DNA from: Selaginella moellendorffii
Taxonomy: Eukaryota > Plantae > Lycopodiophyta
NCBI RefSeq assembly: GCF_000143415.4
Contig: NW_003314284.1
Span: 1,616,674-1,680,673 of the forward strand
Direction of reading: 5' to 3'
Length of the DNA stretch: 64,000 bases
Shown: positions 23,621 through 37,400 of the stretch, in pieces
Layout: each line of letters starts with the position of its first letter
How positions within the stretch are numbered: position 1 is the stretch's first letter
The notes under the pieces: generated by a model
Told to the model about the DNA's origin: nothing
The model's input: only the letters and a program-made list of their open reading frames with translations
The model's database searches: none
Translations under genes and position numbers: made by a program

Positions 23621-25971
23621 TTACCTCTTCCAAGTAACCTGGCGGTGATCATAGAAGTGTTCCTCGAATGCGATACAGGTGGAACGCTTCCGACGATGGC
23701 CATGCCTGCCATCAAACAGTAAGAACACCAAAGCTTGAGTTTCTTAACAGAGATACTGACCTCTCGCCTTCCAAAATCTGAGGTTCATGAAACCTGAGGA
23801 ACTTCTCGTTGACGGGATCGTATTGAGGAGAAGGATCAATGCAGAGCTGCCTCTCTTCGGTAGAACGACCCCTGGCACGGCGAAAGTATGTCTCACCTTC
23901 CTTTGGGCTTGGACTTTTACCATGCCAATAGCCTGGCTGGTGATGCTCGTGACTCCGGCCATGCCTGTCAAGTTTGTGGCTCCAGCCTCGCTCCGGTGCT
24001 CTCTTGGGGCCGTGATGCTCGAAGCTGAGAACTTTGCCACCAAGCGTGACGGGATGCCTGAGCTTAAGCAGCGCTAGTGTGGTCGCCACGGTGTAGAAGC
24101 TAATGTAGCTCACGCCGTGTTTCTGATGGTACTCCTTGAACAGCCCGTTTCCGTGCTCTTTGACGGATGAGTCCGACGCGAACGTCCTGTCCAGGAGCTC
24201 GCGAAGAGCCGCCTTGAGTAACTGCGGTGGGAGATCCGGAAGGCCCGAGACGCTGACTTCACCTGGGTCCTCGTCCTCCACGGTATACATTTTGTTGACC
24301 GCGCCGGGACGATGGTAAGACCTGTCTCGGAGGACCTGAAGCGGTTGGCCGTCGACGATAAACTTCTGCGGCTCTTCGACGTACGCATCCATGATGGCGT
24401 CCGCCGCAGCTTCGGAGCTGCACTTGACGATCGACATGTTGGGCCGAGGACTGCAGACTTGACAGCACTCGTCCGGTTTTCTCCGCAGGAGAAGGGTCTC
24501 GAAAAACGTTGCAAGACAAGCTCTATCATCCTCGAGAACCACCAGCTTTTTGCTCGCAGGCATGAGTCGAAGTTGAAACGGAATCTCTTTTCCTTTCGTC
24601 GGACGGGGAGCCTTAGTAGTGCCAGTCTTCAAGTTGCCATCGCCTCGGAGCGCCCGAGTATCATAATCGCTGACCGGCAACTGTGTTTCACCCGCAGCCT
24701 GAGTATCTTTCGCCTTGACGGCCTGGACACTATCGGGAAGAAGCCGAATCTCAAGCCTCTTGGATGCCGGCTGTGGCACCTTGTTGCTGTCCGCTGCCTG
24801 GTTGATGCTCTTGATCGGCCAGTTCAAGTCAGGTATGGACACTACGTCGATGAAGGGCTCCACTTCGTCGTCCGGTGGCATGACCTTGCTACGACAGACC
24901 AGGAAATCCCATTCCAAGCACCTGTTCTTGCCGCACCGGTAAAAGAATAGATCCGCTACCAGGTCCGACTCCAGCTCCACCAGTGCGTCAAATCCCTCCG
25001 GAAAGATATGCATCGATCGGACCACCTCTCCAACGTTTTTTTCCGGCAAAACTTTCTCAAAGTGCTGCTTGAGGCTGCTCCGGGCCCCGTCTCCCCGAAA
25101 GTAAACCAAAGTTGACGAGGATCGCCACGCGAAGTCCACGGAAGGAATCTCAGCCGGCGCGTACAGCCTCTGAACGGAAAGCTCCCTCCCTTGTACCACA
25201 GGTGGACTCGTCACGCAAGCCTCATAAAACATCTCCGCCACCACGCCCGACACAAACTTGAAAACTCCACCACTGTCCTCGCACGAAACAATGGCGAGTT
25301 CATCGGCCGGCGCTGGAACGATCTCCAATCTGCTATGGAGCAGCCCCTTCAACTCCGAGAGCTCACAGCCTTGGACGACAATCCCCCAGTCATAAGCTTG
25401 ACGAACTGGCAGCAGCATTACCTTTCCAAAATCTTCAAAGCCAGGAGGGAACTCCGGAAGTTCCTCGTCTCGGCCGGAAGTGGACGCAAAGTTCTCGTCA
25501 CAAACATTGCTGCAGATTCTCGAGTCCTCGGTGGCCGCAAGCTTCTCAGTAGCCGCTTCCAGCAATAGCTGTCCAGGCTTGGGTCGGCTAGAACTCCAAG
25601 CATTAGCCTTCGCCTTCTTCGCTAGCGGGCTGGGTAGTTCTACTCGCGGCACACCAACACGCATGGGATCCTTCTCGACGCACTTCTGTAGAAGAAAGAG
25701 CTCATGTATCACGGCCCTGTAGCCATTGTCTCCGATTGCGCTCAAATCCCCTCCGTTGTTCTACCAAGAAGAGAAGAAAACTAAGAAAAGAGAAAGAAAT
25801 GCAAGAAAGAAGACATACCTCTAGCGCTCTGGCGGCAGCAATCCTGACGCTTTCGTCGTCAAAGAGCTGATCGATCGGCCCTGTGAAGGCCATCGCATAC
25901 TTCCTCTCCAACGCCCTCTCGTTGAAGTGCATCCCCCGGAAAACCTGCACGACGTGCTCGATTTCCTCCAT
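23621..25971 (-). CDS. Uncharacterised protein with N-terminal WIYLD-like helical domain and about 4 divergent RRM-like domains
   Basis: Exon 1 (MEEIEHVVQVFRGMHF..VRIAAARALE) splices in frame to NNGGDLSAIGDNGYRAVIHELF and the 677-aa ORF. RRM-like segments include EVSVSGLP..SYISFYTVATTLALLKL...TLGGKVLSF. A probable short terminal exon ends at TAA 23621. Confidence 0.7.
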
Positions 25972-26308
25972 CTCTAACGAAATCCGGCAGCGGGGAGGCT
26001 ACATTCTCGGTCGCGCGTGCGAAAATTCATGGCTTTGGCGCCGATCGATCAGGAGCTCCACTACCTTTGACATCCCCTCCAATGCATCGTGGCGATCTAC
26101 AGCATTGCACAAATCGAGCAGCGAGCAGCAAGCAGCAAGCAGCAAGCCGCGAGCGGCGAGAGCGACGAGCGCTGGGCGTCGTTGCGAAGAACCCTAAAAT
26201 CCAGCGCGTTCATCATTCGAAATGCAAACGGGATGGTTCTGTAAGCGATCGTGGCCGTCCGTATCGAATATGCCAGCAGTCTAAAAGGTATGCTTTACAC
26301 ACCACACT

Positions 26309-29136
26309 TTAATCGCCTCTTCTCTGTACCATTATCAATGGAGCGCTTTCATCACCATCTGGGCGTGGATAGTTTTCCTTTTGCAAGCGCGAGAGGCAAA
26401 CTTGGACGGCATCATGAACGCGCACGAAGTACCACTCGAGCCCAATCAGCTCGGGAATGCCTGCTCGATCCAACGTTTTCATGACTTGCTCGTTTGGATT
26501 GGACAGTGCCATCTACAAAAAACCAAGAACTTTATCATGGTCACTCCAGCTCTTGAGGAACTCTCACAAACCTGAATGTTGCGCGACTTGTACTCGAGGT
26601 AGAGCTCCTTGATGGCATGAATAGCAGTCGAGTCGACGTAAGTTACAGCTGCTCCAAACGTTAGAAACATCCATAGACGGTCAGAACTTACGAGACATTT
26701 CGATGATGACGAAGCGGATGTCTTCGGTCCTGAGGCCCCTGCTGGCTGTGGCTTTAGAGCACAGCTCATATTTCCTCAACCTGCAAGAAGTGCGTGAAAC
26801 AAAAGTGAAGGAAAAGCACGTACACGCTTTAACAAAAGATAAAGAGAGGAGAGGGTGACCTGTCTTTGATGAAACTGATGTTTGCGAAGTACATCGGGGC
26901 ATCAATACGTACAATGACGATTCCATGGTATGTGTACGCGTCTGCATACTGTCTCACGTTTCTGTATACTGTCGTTCCTGGGAGGCGTCCCAGAATGGCT
27001 GATTGAAACAAAAAGATAAGACAGTCCAGCGAAAGAAAAAGGAGAATTCCCTCACCAATATGGGGATTTGCTGACTCGTAGATAACAAAGACCAATGAAA
27101 GCGTAATCTGCAGTTATGCGAGAGTTAATAGGAAGGAATATAAAGGGATTCACATACCGCAATGAGCACCCCAATTTCAACACCAAAAAATAGTGTGTTG
27201 GCGAATGCCGCAACCCAAAGACAAAAATCCTTTTTCTTGACTCTCCATAAAAATATTGCTTCATCGTAATCAACCTGTATCCATAACATATTAGCGATGA
27301 CAATTATCAAAGCGTGATGGCAACGTACCAATCCTGCCACGGCGGAGACAACGATAGCCGCAAGAGCACACTGAACAGGAGGTAAGAGGTAAGAGGAGAC
27401 TAGTAGCATGTTTCAGTCTACTAACCTGTGGAATATCTGAGAAAAGCGGAGTTAAGAACAGAAGCACGCAACCAATCATGAATCCCGTGACGATTCCCGA
27501 TAACCCGGTGTGTGCGCCCGCGTCATGATTGACGGCAGATCTAGAGAAGGATCCTGCGTTATATTGGTTTTAGTTCGAAGCTCAGAGTTTAAATAAGACT
27601 TACCAGTAGTAGGATACGATTGAAACAATGAACCCAGTATGTTTGCCACACCAAGTCCAAACAACTGAAAAGATTTGTCACAATCAGTCAATAACACGAG
27701 GACATCCTTACTTCCTGGTTGGAATCAATCTCGTATCCATTTTTTGCTGCAAGCGTCTTAGCAATAGCAACTGATTCCTGCGAAGAATGTCACGTTAATG
27801 ACAGTATTTTTTTTTTTGTGCCAGCTACTCACCAAGATCGCTACACCAGTTATTACAAATGCGGTTGACAACAATCCTTTGGCATCCTTGAAATCGTAGT
27901 CTAAAGAAAATTGTGGTAGCCCCTGGGGAATCTCCCCTATCTAAAACACATTTTATTAGCTAAAGGAACCAGGTGCTGTGAAAAGGCATACTTACCACAC
28001 TGATAGATGGCGGACGGAACAGTTTAACAAAAACAGTTCCGATTATAACAGCCGTCAAAGGCCCCGCTGCTCGTACAGATCTGAACCGCTTCATTGTTTT
28101 CCCCTGGAAAGAAGTTGAAAACTAAAGACCGACAAGTACGAAGAACTCAGCTTACCACATGTTTCATAGAAAGAAGAATTGACAGCATAAGACATCCCAT
28201 CAGAAACGGAATCGGCTGGAACTGAATACATGGAAAAGGAAATAAAACAGTAAGGCTCAAGCAACAAGGACAAGTATACCTCCTTGTACCCTTGCATAAT
28301 ACTCCAAAGGAGAGGCACAATCTTTGTACTCCTTGAAATACTGTACCCGAGGAAATACTTGGCCTGTGAGAGTCCGATTATGATCGCGGATGCCGAAGTA
28401 AACCCCGAGGTAACAGAGTGACTGATGAAACGAACAAGCCAACCCAACCTGTGGATTCAAGACGAAGTTAACAGCTTGAGAGAAGAGGCAAGAAATTGTT
28501 TACCTCAAAATTCCCATGGTGCATTCCAGAAGGCCTACCATTAACGCCAAAAGAACAGCAAGCGCCACATATTGCTGTGTGTAGTTTTCAGCTTCCGGAG
28601 GGACCATTCCCGAGAGAACATTATACACAAGAAGTGACACAAGAGCTACTGGACCATTTGCTACCTGACGAGAGGAACCAAAGACACCATATGCCAAGTT
28701 TGGGACAAAGCCAGCGTCTGGAAAACATTGAAAACCATAAGCACAGACCGAAAGAGAAAAAAAACACTCGCGAAGGTAGAAAACTTACAAAGTCCATAGA
28801 TTGGAGGTAGCCCGGCAAGCTTCGCATACGACATAGCCTATAAGAAACATCGATCAAGCTAAAGAAAAACAAGAGATAAAAAAGGGAACCTCTAAGCACC
28901 TGAGGTATGAGCATGGTTCCAATCGTGATCCCAGCAAGAATATCGTCCTTGAGATACTCGTGCACTCGATAGGACGACATCCAAGAAACACAAGGAAGCA
29001 CCGATTCCAGCTTGAATCGCGAGCACAATCGCTGGCTCCATCTGGAATTGGCGTCGTCGCACCCGCTGGAGGTGCTGGAGCTATTGGTGGGGTGTTTGAT
29101 CTGGAGAACTCTCACTAGATCCTCGCGGATCGGCAT
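26309..29136 (-). CDS. SULTR4: Sulfate transporter, group 4 (SulP + STAS), multi-exon
   Basis: DILAGITIGTMLIPQ, YGVFGSSRQVANGPVALVSLL, LGWLVRFISHSVTSGFTSASA, FQSYPTTGSFSRSAVN, and STAS motifs IVRIDAPMYFAN and VTYVDSTA. Start codon uncertain. Confidence 0.93.
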
Positions 29137-29575
29137 CTCCAGCTCGGAAACCCTGGACCACAACTCTTAGGGTTCTTGAGAGGACGCGTGCTGGACTTTA
29201 CTAGGACCCTTTCAACGAAATAGAGGAGCTGAGCATCAGATTGAAAACCAGGATCATCACACGGAGAAGCGATGCGAGCCAATGCGCCAGGCAGCTCTCG
29301 CGGAGGCGGCGATCGGATACCTCAGACGCCAGGAGCTCCACGGAATGCGAGAAGCGCCGGTGCTCTCGGCACCGCATTGCGCCTCCTGGATCGTCAGCAA
29401 CGCGCCTGGGATCTATCATCATCGCCAATAAACCCTAGACGAAGAACCCTAAAACTCTGCGCGCGATCCAATTCGAGCTAGGGTTAGAGTCCTCTCGCTC
29501 GCGCGGCAAGGTATGACGTAGATCTAGCGAACAATCTAAAGCACCTGGAACGGATCTCTGTGTCGTGCGCCGCTG

Positions 29576-32500
29576 ATGATGTCGAGTTCCGAGGAAGAAG
29601 ATGACCAGGACGAGGAGGAGCTGCTACAGCGCGCATTGGAGGAGCAAGCGCAGCGAGACGTCCGCTACACCCGCCCGCCGCCGCCCTCTCGAAAGCCGCC
29701 CGCCGCTCCTCCTCCCGCACAGCGCCAGCAATTAAACAATCCAACTCCTCATCCAATGGAGGACGACGAATCGGAAGTGGAGCTCCTGAGCATTTCTTCC
29801 GACGATGACGACGATGCTCCTCGTGCTGCCGCTGCCACTGCCAAGCCGGTGGATGCGAGCAGGGACGCGGATCTTGGGATCGAGGATTTTAGTGACGAGG
29901 AGGTGGAGGAGGAAGAACCGAAGTCTTGGAGCAAAGTTAACGAAGAAGAGGTAGAGTGATCTTCTCTTGTTTGTTTTGCTCTTAGTTTTCTTCGTTCCTT
30001 TGCTTTTCTTACAGCTCCACCGAAGAGTTCGTGCCATGCGTGAGGCAAGAGCTGCTCCAGGATTGCGGAGGTCGACTCTTGCCCGCAGGGCGACCATGGC
30101 TGGGGGAGAGGTTTATCCCCGAGAGGATCTGATCGATCCTCTGGGTCTCGGGTGAGTGCTCTAGTTGTTTTGCTCTTACTTTTAAACTTTTCGTGACTTA
30201 AGCTTCTGCTTTCTCAAACAGGACGATAGATTTGAAGTCCCTCACGTTGATAAGTGACTCAGCCTCTCCGGGAGCAAAAGCTCCAGCGCAAGATGCTCCG
30301 GCCCGAGATCCTACAAGTCGAGGTTTCTTAGGAAAAGATAGAAATTATTGTTTTTTCTTATATATAATTTATTTGTCTTCCAATGCAGAAAAAGTGCTGT
30401 ATCATTCAGAAAAGTTCGATCCGAAGTACTTTTTGGCACGCATTCATCAGAGAACCAAAGCCTCCGATTTGGAACACGGAGACGCGGCTCTAAAAATGGA
30501 TCTGCAAAACCGAAAGCAGCAGCTGAAGCTTCTTGTCAAGGAAAACTTTGAGTGTTTTGTATCGTGTAAAAATACGATTGACGGTATGTGCTGATATTTT
30601 CAGTGGTTCGTCGCTTACTCCTTGTTGCAGATATACACTCAAAATTGCAACAGATAGAGTCGGATGCCGAGGGCGCGGGCACTGCACACTTAACTCATGC
30701 TATTCAGGACTTGGACGAGGTAGCAAAGCGAGCTTTTGGACCTCTCCTCGAGCGGCAGGTATCAAGTTGTATTTTATTATTTTTGGAAATTGTAACTTCT
30801 TAGCTTTCAGGCTCAAGCTGAACGAATTCGATCTGTTCAAGGAATGCTGCAACGTTTTCGAACACTATTCAACCTTCCAAGCGCAATACGTGGGCATATC
30901 AGCAAATGTGAATATGACATGGCTGTGAGAGAGTACAAAAAGACCAAGTCGCTCGTCCTTCCTTCGCATGTTAGTAGCAGTCAGACCTTGGGATTACCCA
31001 CTAACAATGCGTTGCAGGGAAGAATATTAAAGCGCGTGTTTGAAGAAGTCGAGAAAGTTGTGCAAGAATTAAAAGACATGCTCTCGAGATGCATGGAAGA
31101 CCCTCATGCCGAATTTTCGCAGGTATAGCGTTTTTTTCGATATAACAGATGCTTAACCATCTCGATCTGGCAGCTCGAAAATGCAATACGGCTACTACTT
31201 GAGTTGGATCCTGACTCTGACCCTGTCTGGCAGTACTTAAGTATGCAAGTAAGGAAGCCTTTCAAATGGGAATCATATTTTAAACTGGTGATAGGAGCGG
31301 CGGATTCGAGCGATTCTTGAGGCATGCGTCCTAGAACACGAGGTTCAGATGGATAACCTGCATGGACGTTTGCAGCAAAAAGTGGAATCGGATGCCCGAT
31401 GGAAGCAATTGCAAAGTGAATCGCCAAAGTTGGTAAGTGACGCTTTGAGTGTTAGTGTGAAGCTTATTATGTTTTGGGTTTTGCAGTCTGAGGTTGACAT
31501 TTCCTTATTTATTGTGGATCAAGAAGATGATGCAACGGAAGCTGAAATTAGAGATTTTATCAACGACGAATCTGATGCACTGTTTGGAAGGCTTATACGC
31601 AGGCTTTCAGCTGTTATTATTCAGTATGTTCCTGATTTTTGGAGACTGGCATTATCAATTTTCAAGGGAAAATTTGCAAAGGTGAGTGTTCGTTAAATGG
31701 CTTCTTTCGTTAGTTGAATGTATAAATGTTTCCCTTGTCAAGGTATCACGTCCAAGTACACAAAAGGCAGAGCCGAAAGACCGTGATCATGAAAACTATC
31801 CTTTTGAAGAAAAACCCAAAGTGGTTGTTCAATACACTTCACACTCTCTCGATGAAGTTGTAGCTATGGTCCAAGGAATTGTAGGCTCGTACGAATCTAA
31901 AGTAAGAATTTATTCTTTATTCTCAAAATTGTTCTTAAAATGTTTGATTTTCCATGCAAGGTTCACACTGCTTTTACGACACTCGCGGAAGCAACAGAGA
32001 TGCGTTGGTATATGCGAGAAGCTCTGTGGGAGCTTTCAAAGGCTTGTGCGGCTCTTTCTGGAAAGGATTGTTCTCCTGTCGGCGCAGGTATAGCTTAAAG
32101 TTGTGAAATAGTATTGTTAACGTTATGGATGGTTAACAGTTCAAACATTGACAACGTTAAAGATGGAACTTGTGCATCAATTTATTTCCAAGTTTTGCTC
32201 TTTGATGCGGCAAAAGGCTTCCGATTTGATAGAAGAGGAAGACTGGATACCAGTGCCCGCCGTAGAACGGAATGAATCCTTGTATGCGATTTCTTCACTT
32301 CCTCTGAAGCTTCGTGACATTCTCAACTCAACGATAGAACACATGAAAGAGTACGCTACCGGCTGATTTTGTTTCCTTTCTTTTAACCGAAAATGTTATC
32401 AACACAGGGTGTTGGATAAGGTGAAACTTGAGCCAACTCCGCCTAATAATCTGGCTACTCAACTCGGTCAGATGCAGGCGTCTTTACAGACTGCATTTTA

Positions 32501-34067
32501 TGAGTGCTTTTTGGACGTTCTAGGTGAGTCACCATTCTGCAAAGTATAAAAGCTTACCTGCTCATGGTGGTTTTGTTGCAGAGCTCTTAGATAAAAAAAT
32601 TGTTAATATGGCTGCAGATACACTTTCGGCAAATAATAAGTTTGTCGGACTTCAAGTCGGGGTGGAAGTTAATAATCCTCACCAGAAACTCTTGATGGTG
32701 CTAAGTAATATTGGTTTCATCAAAAGTATTTTGTTGCCAGAACTTTCGAGCAAACACAAGGATGTTTGGACCCGAGAGAGGTATCAGCTCGCACTTGATC
32801 TCTATTTTATCTAAAATTTGTGAGTTTTTACAGAATGAACGCCAAAGAGCCGGTAGTTGAAATTTCACCTACGGAAAGCGAAGTTGTGGCTGCCTTCTCG
32901 GCTTTAGAAGAAAAGATTTTGAATGAGTACAACTACGTCAAGGTGAGTGGTATTTCTCTTATGGCATCATCCGTTATGAAATTTCTTTCACGACGTCCAG
33001 GCTTCATCGGTAGGAACTACTGCAGCCAGTTACATATTAGATGATGGGACTCAATGGGCATCTGCTCCTCCTGTCAAGGTACTTGTGGCTACTTCTTCGC
33101 TGGCTAGAGTTTCTTTGTTGTGCATGTCTAGGGAATACGTGACGCGGCGGTGGAGCTTCTTCATCCACTGGTTGCTGTACATGCAGAGGTAAGCTCTATC
33201 ATCTCAGTGTCTGAAAGATTTAAGTTTATCTCCCGCCGCAGGTTTACGCTGGAGCCAAAACTTTTGTCCGCAAGGTCATATGCGTTCTTTTCGAGGGGCT
33301 TATACGTGCGCTGCACACCACAGCAAGTGAAAACCTGTCCAAGGCTCTCAACCATCTCGACGTCAACGGGTTCTGTCAACTAATGCTTGAGGTACGAGCT
33401 CACAAGATCCGGACGTGTGATTTGATCTTCGTGACTTTTTAGCTGGATTACTTGGAGTCCGTTTTCAGCCTGTATTGTACGAGCGATGCAAAGGCCTTGC
33501 TAACCTCCCTGCGGGAGGTCCTGCTCGAGAAAGTGCAAGACGTTGGTGGTGAATCAAGCGAAAGCACGGGGCACAATCGTCGTTTGACCCGAGGGAGCGA
33601 AGAGGAGGAAAGCGTGCAAGCTCCCCCTAACGTGGACGACATACAGGTAGAGAGCGAGCTTTCTCGTTCCATTAAAACATCTTCTAATCCGAGTTTCATT
33701 CCATCAGGCTCGCGCTGACGACGTAAAAGCACAGTACTTGCCATCTGAGCTCAAGAGAACGCGCGTCAACGTGATATGCTTCCAAGACAACGGCGAGTCA
33801 ATCGCTCCGCCAGACGCTGCAAAGCGAGGGGTTGTTTCTCCTAAGGGTGGTGTTTTAGAGAGCGCCAGCGTCACGCAGTCGCCTCGAGCAGGGAGGCACA
33901 GGAGGCGCTCGTCGGGATCCAGCTTCTCGGACGAGCCATTCCCCGGCCTCCCTCCACTGTCCCCGTTCCACAGCGAGCCGGCGAGTCGGTTCACAAAGCC
34001 ACGCACAGTCTCGCGGAGAACCTCCACTGCGTCCAATGCTTCTTCCGTGGACGACGATCTCAGATAA
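29576..34067 (+). CDS. SEC5: Exocyst complex component SEC5 (EXOC2), multi-exon
   Basis: MSSSEEEDDQDEEELLQRALEEQAQRD, SEKFDPKYFLARIH, LVKENFECFVSCKNTIDDI, MLQRFRTLFNLPSAIRG and DPDSDPVWQYL. Many short introns, for example 31249-31294 (46 nt). Confidence 0.95.
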
Positions 34068-34429
34068 ACTACAACGCATTCTTTTAGTTTCTCTCGCTTG
34101 GTTCCTACTTTCTTGGAGAGAAAAATAACAATCTCATGGTGTATAAAGAATCGGTGTTCTATATAGACTGTACAAGTGCTTTGAGCTGCTTCCACGCATG
34201 AAAGTAAAGAATTGTTATGTAGCTGAGCTAGCTACCGCTACCCAATGACTAGAAGTATATGGAAGTATCCAATCCATCGGTTGTAAGTGTTACAACCCAT
34301 CCCTGTTAGTGTTGTGGTTGTCAAATAGTATCGTTATAGTAGTATAATCGTTGCTGTTGTATAATGGTAGTAATCGTTGTGTTGTCTAGTACCGTGTTGT
34401 AAAGGTAGTGTTGTTGCGCCGTGGTGGTC

Positions 34430-37400
34430 TTACATGAAGTAGGAGAGCTGCTGCTTCTTGCGAGATCCACCCTCGCCGTAGAGCTCGTTCCATTCTTGGA
34501 GCTCGGACATGCCCGCTCCTTCGGCGGAGAAGCTGGCAGAGACCTGGGAAGTAGAGGGAGTAAGAACGAAAGGTTTCATGCAACTTGAGAGAAGATTGGG
34601 CTTGCCTGTTTCCTGGCCTCTTTCATGTCGTCCATGTTGAGTGGCCTGAGAGACAGGTCGTCGGCTGTTTTTGCATCTGTTGGTGGCGGCGCTGGTCCTC
34701 CTTTGGCCGCTGCTTCTTCCTTGTCGCTTTTGGAAGTAGCTTCGCTTTCTTCCTTGGAGGAGCGTTTCTTTTTCTTCTATAGCCAGAGGAAAGAAAAGAC
34801 CACGACTTTAGAACTGGGAGAAAGCGCAATGTGGAGAGAGGGACAGCTTACTGCTTTTTCTTTCTTCTCTTTCTCTTTCTTCAGCAAATCACGTACGGGT
34901 CGATACGCAGCCGCCATGCAAAGGTTCTGGAAGACTTGTCCTTGTGAATCATCTCAAAGGAAAAGAAAAATTGAAATGTGGACTGGTACCTTCAGGTCGC
35001 TTCCGGAATATCCATCGGTCATGTTGGCAAGCTCCGGAAAATCAAAGTCACTCGATAGATGTTCCTTCGAAAGAATCGCCCGTAGGATTTTCTCGCGATT
35101 TTGTACGTCTGGTAAACCAACCATGATTCTGCACAAGAGTCAAGTTCAAGTCAGTCAGAAAATTCAGCGTTCAAAAAGCAAACGGATACCTTCGCTCGAA
35201 TCTTCGGATGATTGCTTCGTCCAAATCAAATGGACGATTTGTTGCAGCCAGAACGAGGACACGCTCAGCACCCTTGGTCAAGAGTCCATCCCAATGCGCC
35301 ATAAATTCGTTCTTTATCTTCCGCATTGCCTCGTGCTCTCCCACACGAGATCGTTGGCCAAGCATACTATCAACCTGCACAATAGCATCTTGCCTCGGTA
35401 AAAGTGGAAGCAACTTGATAGAACACATACTTCATCAATGAAGACGATCGTAGGTGCTACTTTTGCGGCAAGCGTAAACAAAGCCCGTACATTCTTTTCG
35501 TCTTCACCAAACCACTGCAAGTCAAGAATATCACGTCATTTCTGGAGCTCCAATTTAAGATGCCTTGTTACTTTACCTTTGATGTTATGGAAGACATTGA
35601 GACATTGATGAAGCTAGCGCCGGCTTCCGTTGCAACAGCTTTTGCAAGCATGGTTTTCCCAGTTCCTGGGGGACCAAACAAAAGAATGCCTCTGCAAGGC
35701 TGATAAAGGCATTAAAAAATTTAGTATGCTCTTCCTCTTCCCTTCTAGATATACCTTAATCAAGCCACCCTTGTTGAACAGCTCGGGCCTTCGCAATGGT
35801 AGCATCACAAGCTCTTGCAAGGACTCTTTAACGTTGTCAAGAGCACCAATATCTTGGAAGTTCACTCCAACTTCTCCAGCTGGAATAACCTCTGGTCTGA
35901 TTCTCTTTTCAAATTCATTATCTGGAGGGACGTCCTGTTACAAGGAACAACATTTTCAGGTATCAGTTCATAACATCGAACTATCTTACTGCTTTTGTGG
36001 TAACGGGAGCAGGCTTCGTTGTATCAGATGATTTCTTTTCGTTGTCTGGCTTGGGTCCTTCAGGCTTTGAAACTTCGGTTTTCGCCTCCGCAACAGGAAC
36101 ATCTGTTTTGACGTCCGCATTCCCTCTGGTGACTGTTTCCTGAGCTTCCGGCTGTAACACGAGTGAGCTAACTTTCCATAAAATTTGAGAAACACGAACC
36201 TTCAAAGTCTCCACCTTTGTTTCTGCTTGTAATTTAGCCTCGTTGCTGTCAAGCTGCCCAGCTTGAAATAATTCTAGGCCATAAGCAAGACTGGACATGT
36301 ATTTCAACGTTAAAACTGAAACGTCAGAAACTAAAAAAAAAACCAACCTTTTAGAAGAAAGTACAAGCCTTCCTGAGCGATAATCTGGTTGCTCTGTGTT
36401 CATTAGATGATGGGAAATCGCCGAAACCAATATTTCTTCAATGTCTAAAAAAATCAAAGACATTCTTATGAGAGAAGGCAAAGAGACTCTTTCAGCTTAC
36501 AGTTACTAAGAAGCATCGTGTCACTGAAGCAAATGGATCCAAGGTCGTCGCACTCTACGTCATTCGAACCGAGAACCTGGACAGGGAATGATTCTGGTTT
36601 GCATATTTAGCCTCATTATGTTATTACCTCTAAAATGTGATTTCGGTTGTCTTGAGCTTGAATTGTTTTCATGTCTTCTTCTAGCTGACTTCTCCAGCTG
36701 ACAAGAACTGCATTGTCTTCGGGAGGTTTAATGTTGATGGTGTATGAAAACAGGTGCTCCAACTTCTCATTTACACTTTCAGAGTCCTGCCGGAAACGCT
36801 TTAGATGCAGAAGAACACATACAAACGACTTGTACCTTAGTTTGCATTATCCTTGATCCCAACACTAAAATTGGGCCTGAAAGCTTCTTCAAACGTTTCA
36901 AGAACAGAGAGTATGTCTTTGGGCCTCTCGACACAAGTCTCTCTACGTCACGCAAGTAGAGGACGATCGGACTGGACCCAGAAACGGATGCGAGAACCTG
37001 TAGAAGAAGTTACAACATTTGCAACAGCATTCATTATGCAAACCTTGAACAATGCATTAAACAGTGACTTCTCCTCAAATAGTCCCAAGGAATTACTCCG
37101 ACGCAAAGGCAAGGCTGCAAGAGAACAAAACATTAGGCTGCCATATAAAAAATGTGGAATGCATGTCCGACCTTCTGGAGCTTTTCCCGACTTTTCTGGA
37201 CTTTTGTTAGGAGATGTATTACTGTATAAACACGCATGTGAATAATTTTCCCGGGAAAAGAAGAAAATGAAGACCTTTGAGCATCTGAGGCATTTTCGCC
37301 TGATGACCTTGTGATTTGTGTTGCTAAGCTTCCGACGTTACTGGCGAACTGGCTTACAGTTCGAAACAAAACCTCAGGCAATGGCTGTGAACCAGACAAT

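Noticed and set aside
34279-34425. Small palindrome and GTT/GTA-rich low-complexity tract between SEC5 and the AAA ATPase
   Set aside because: Consistent with ordinary low-complexity 3' UTR sequence.
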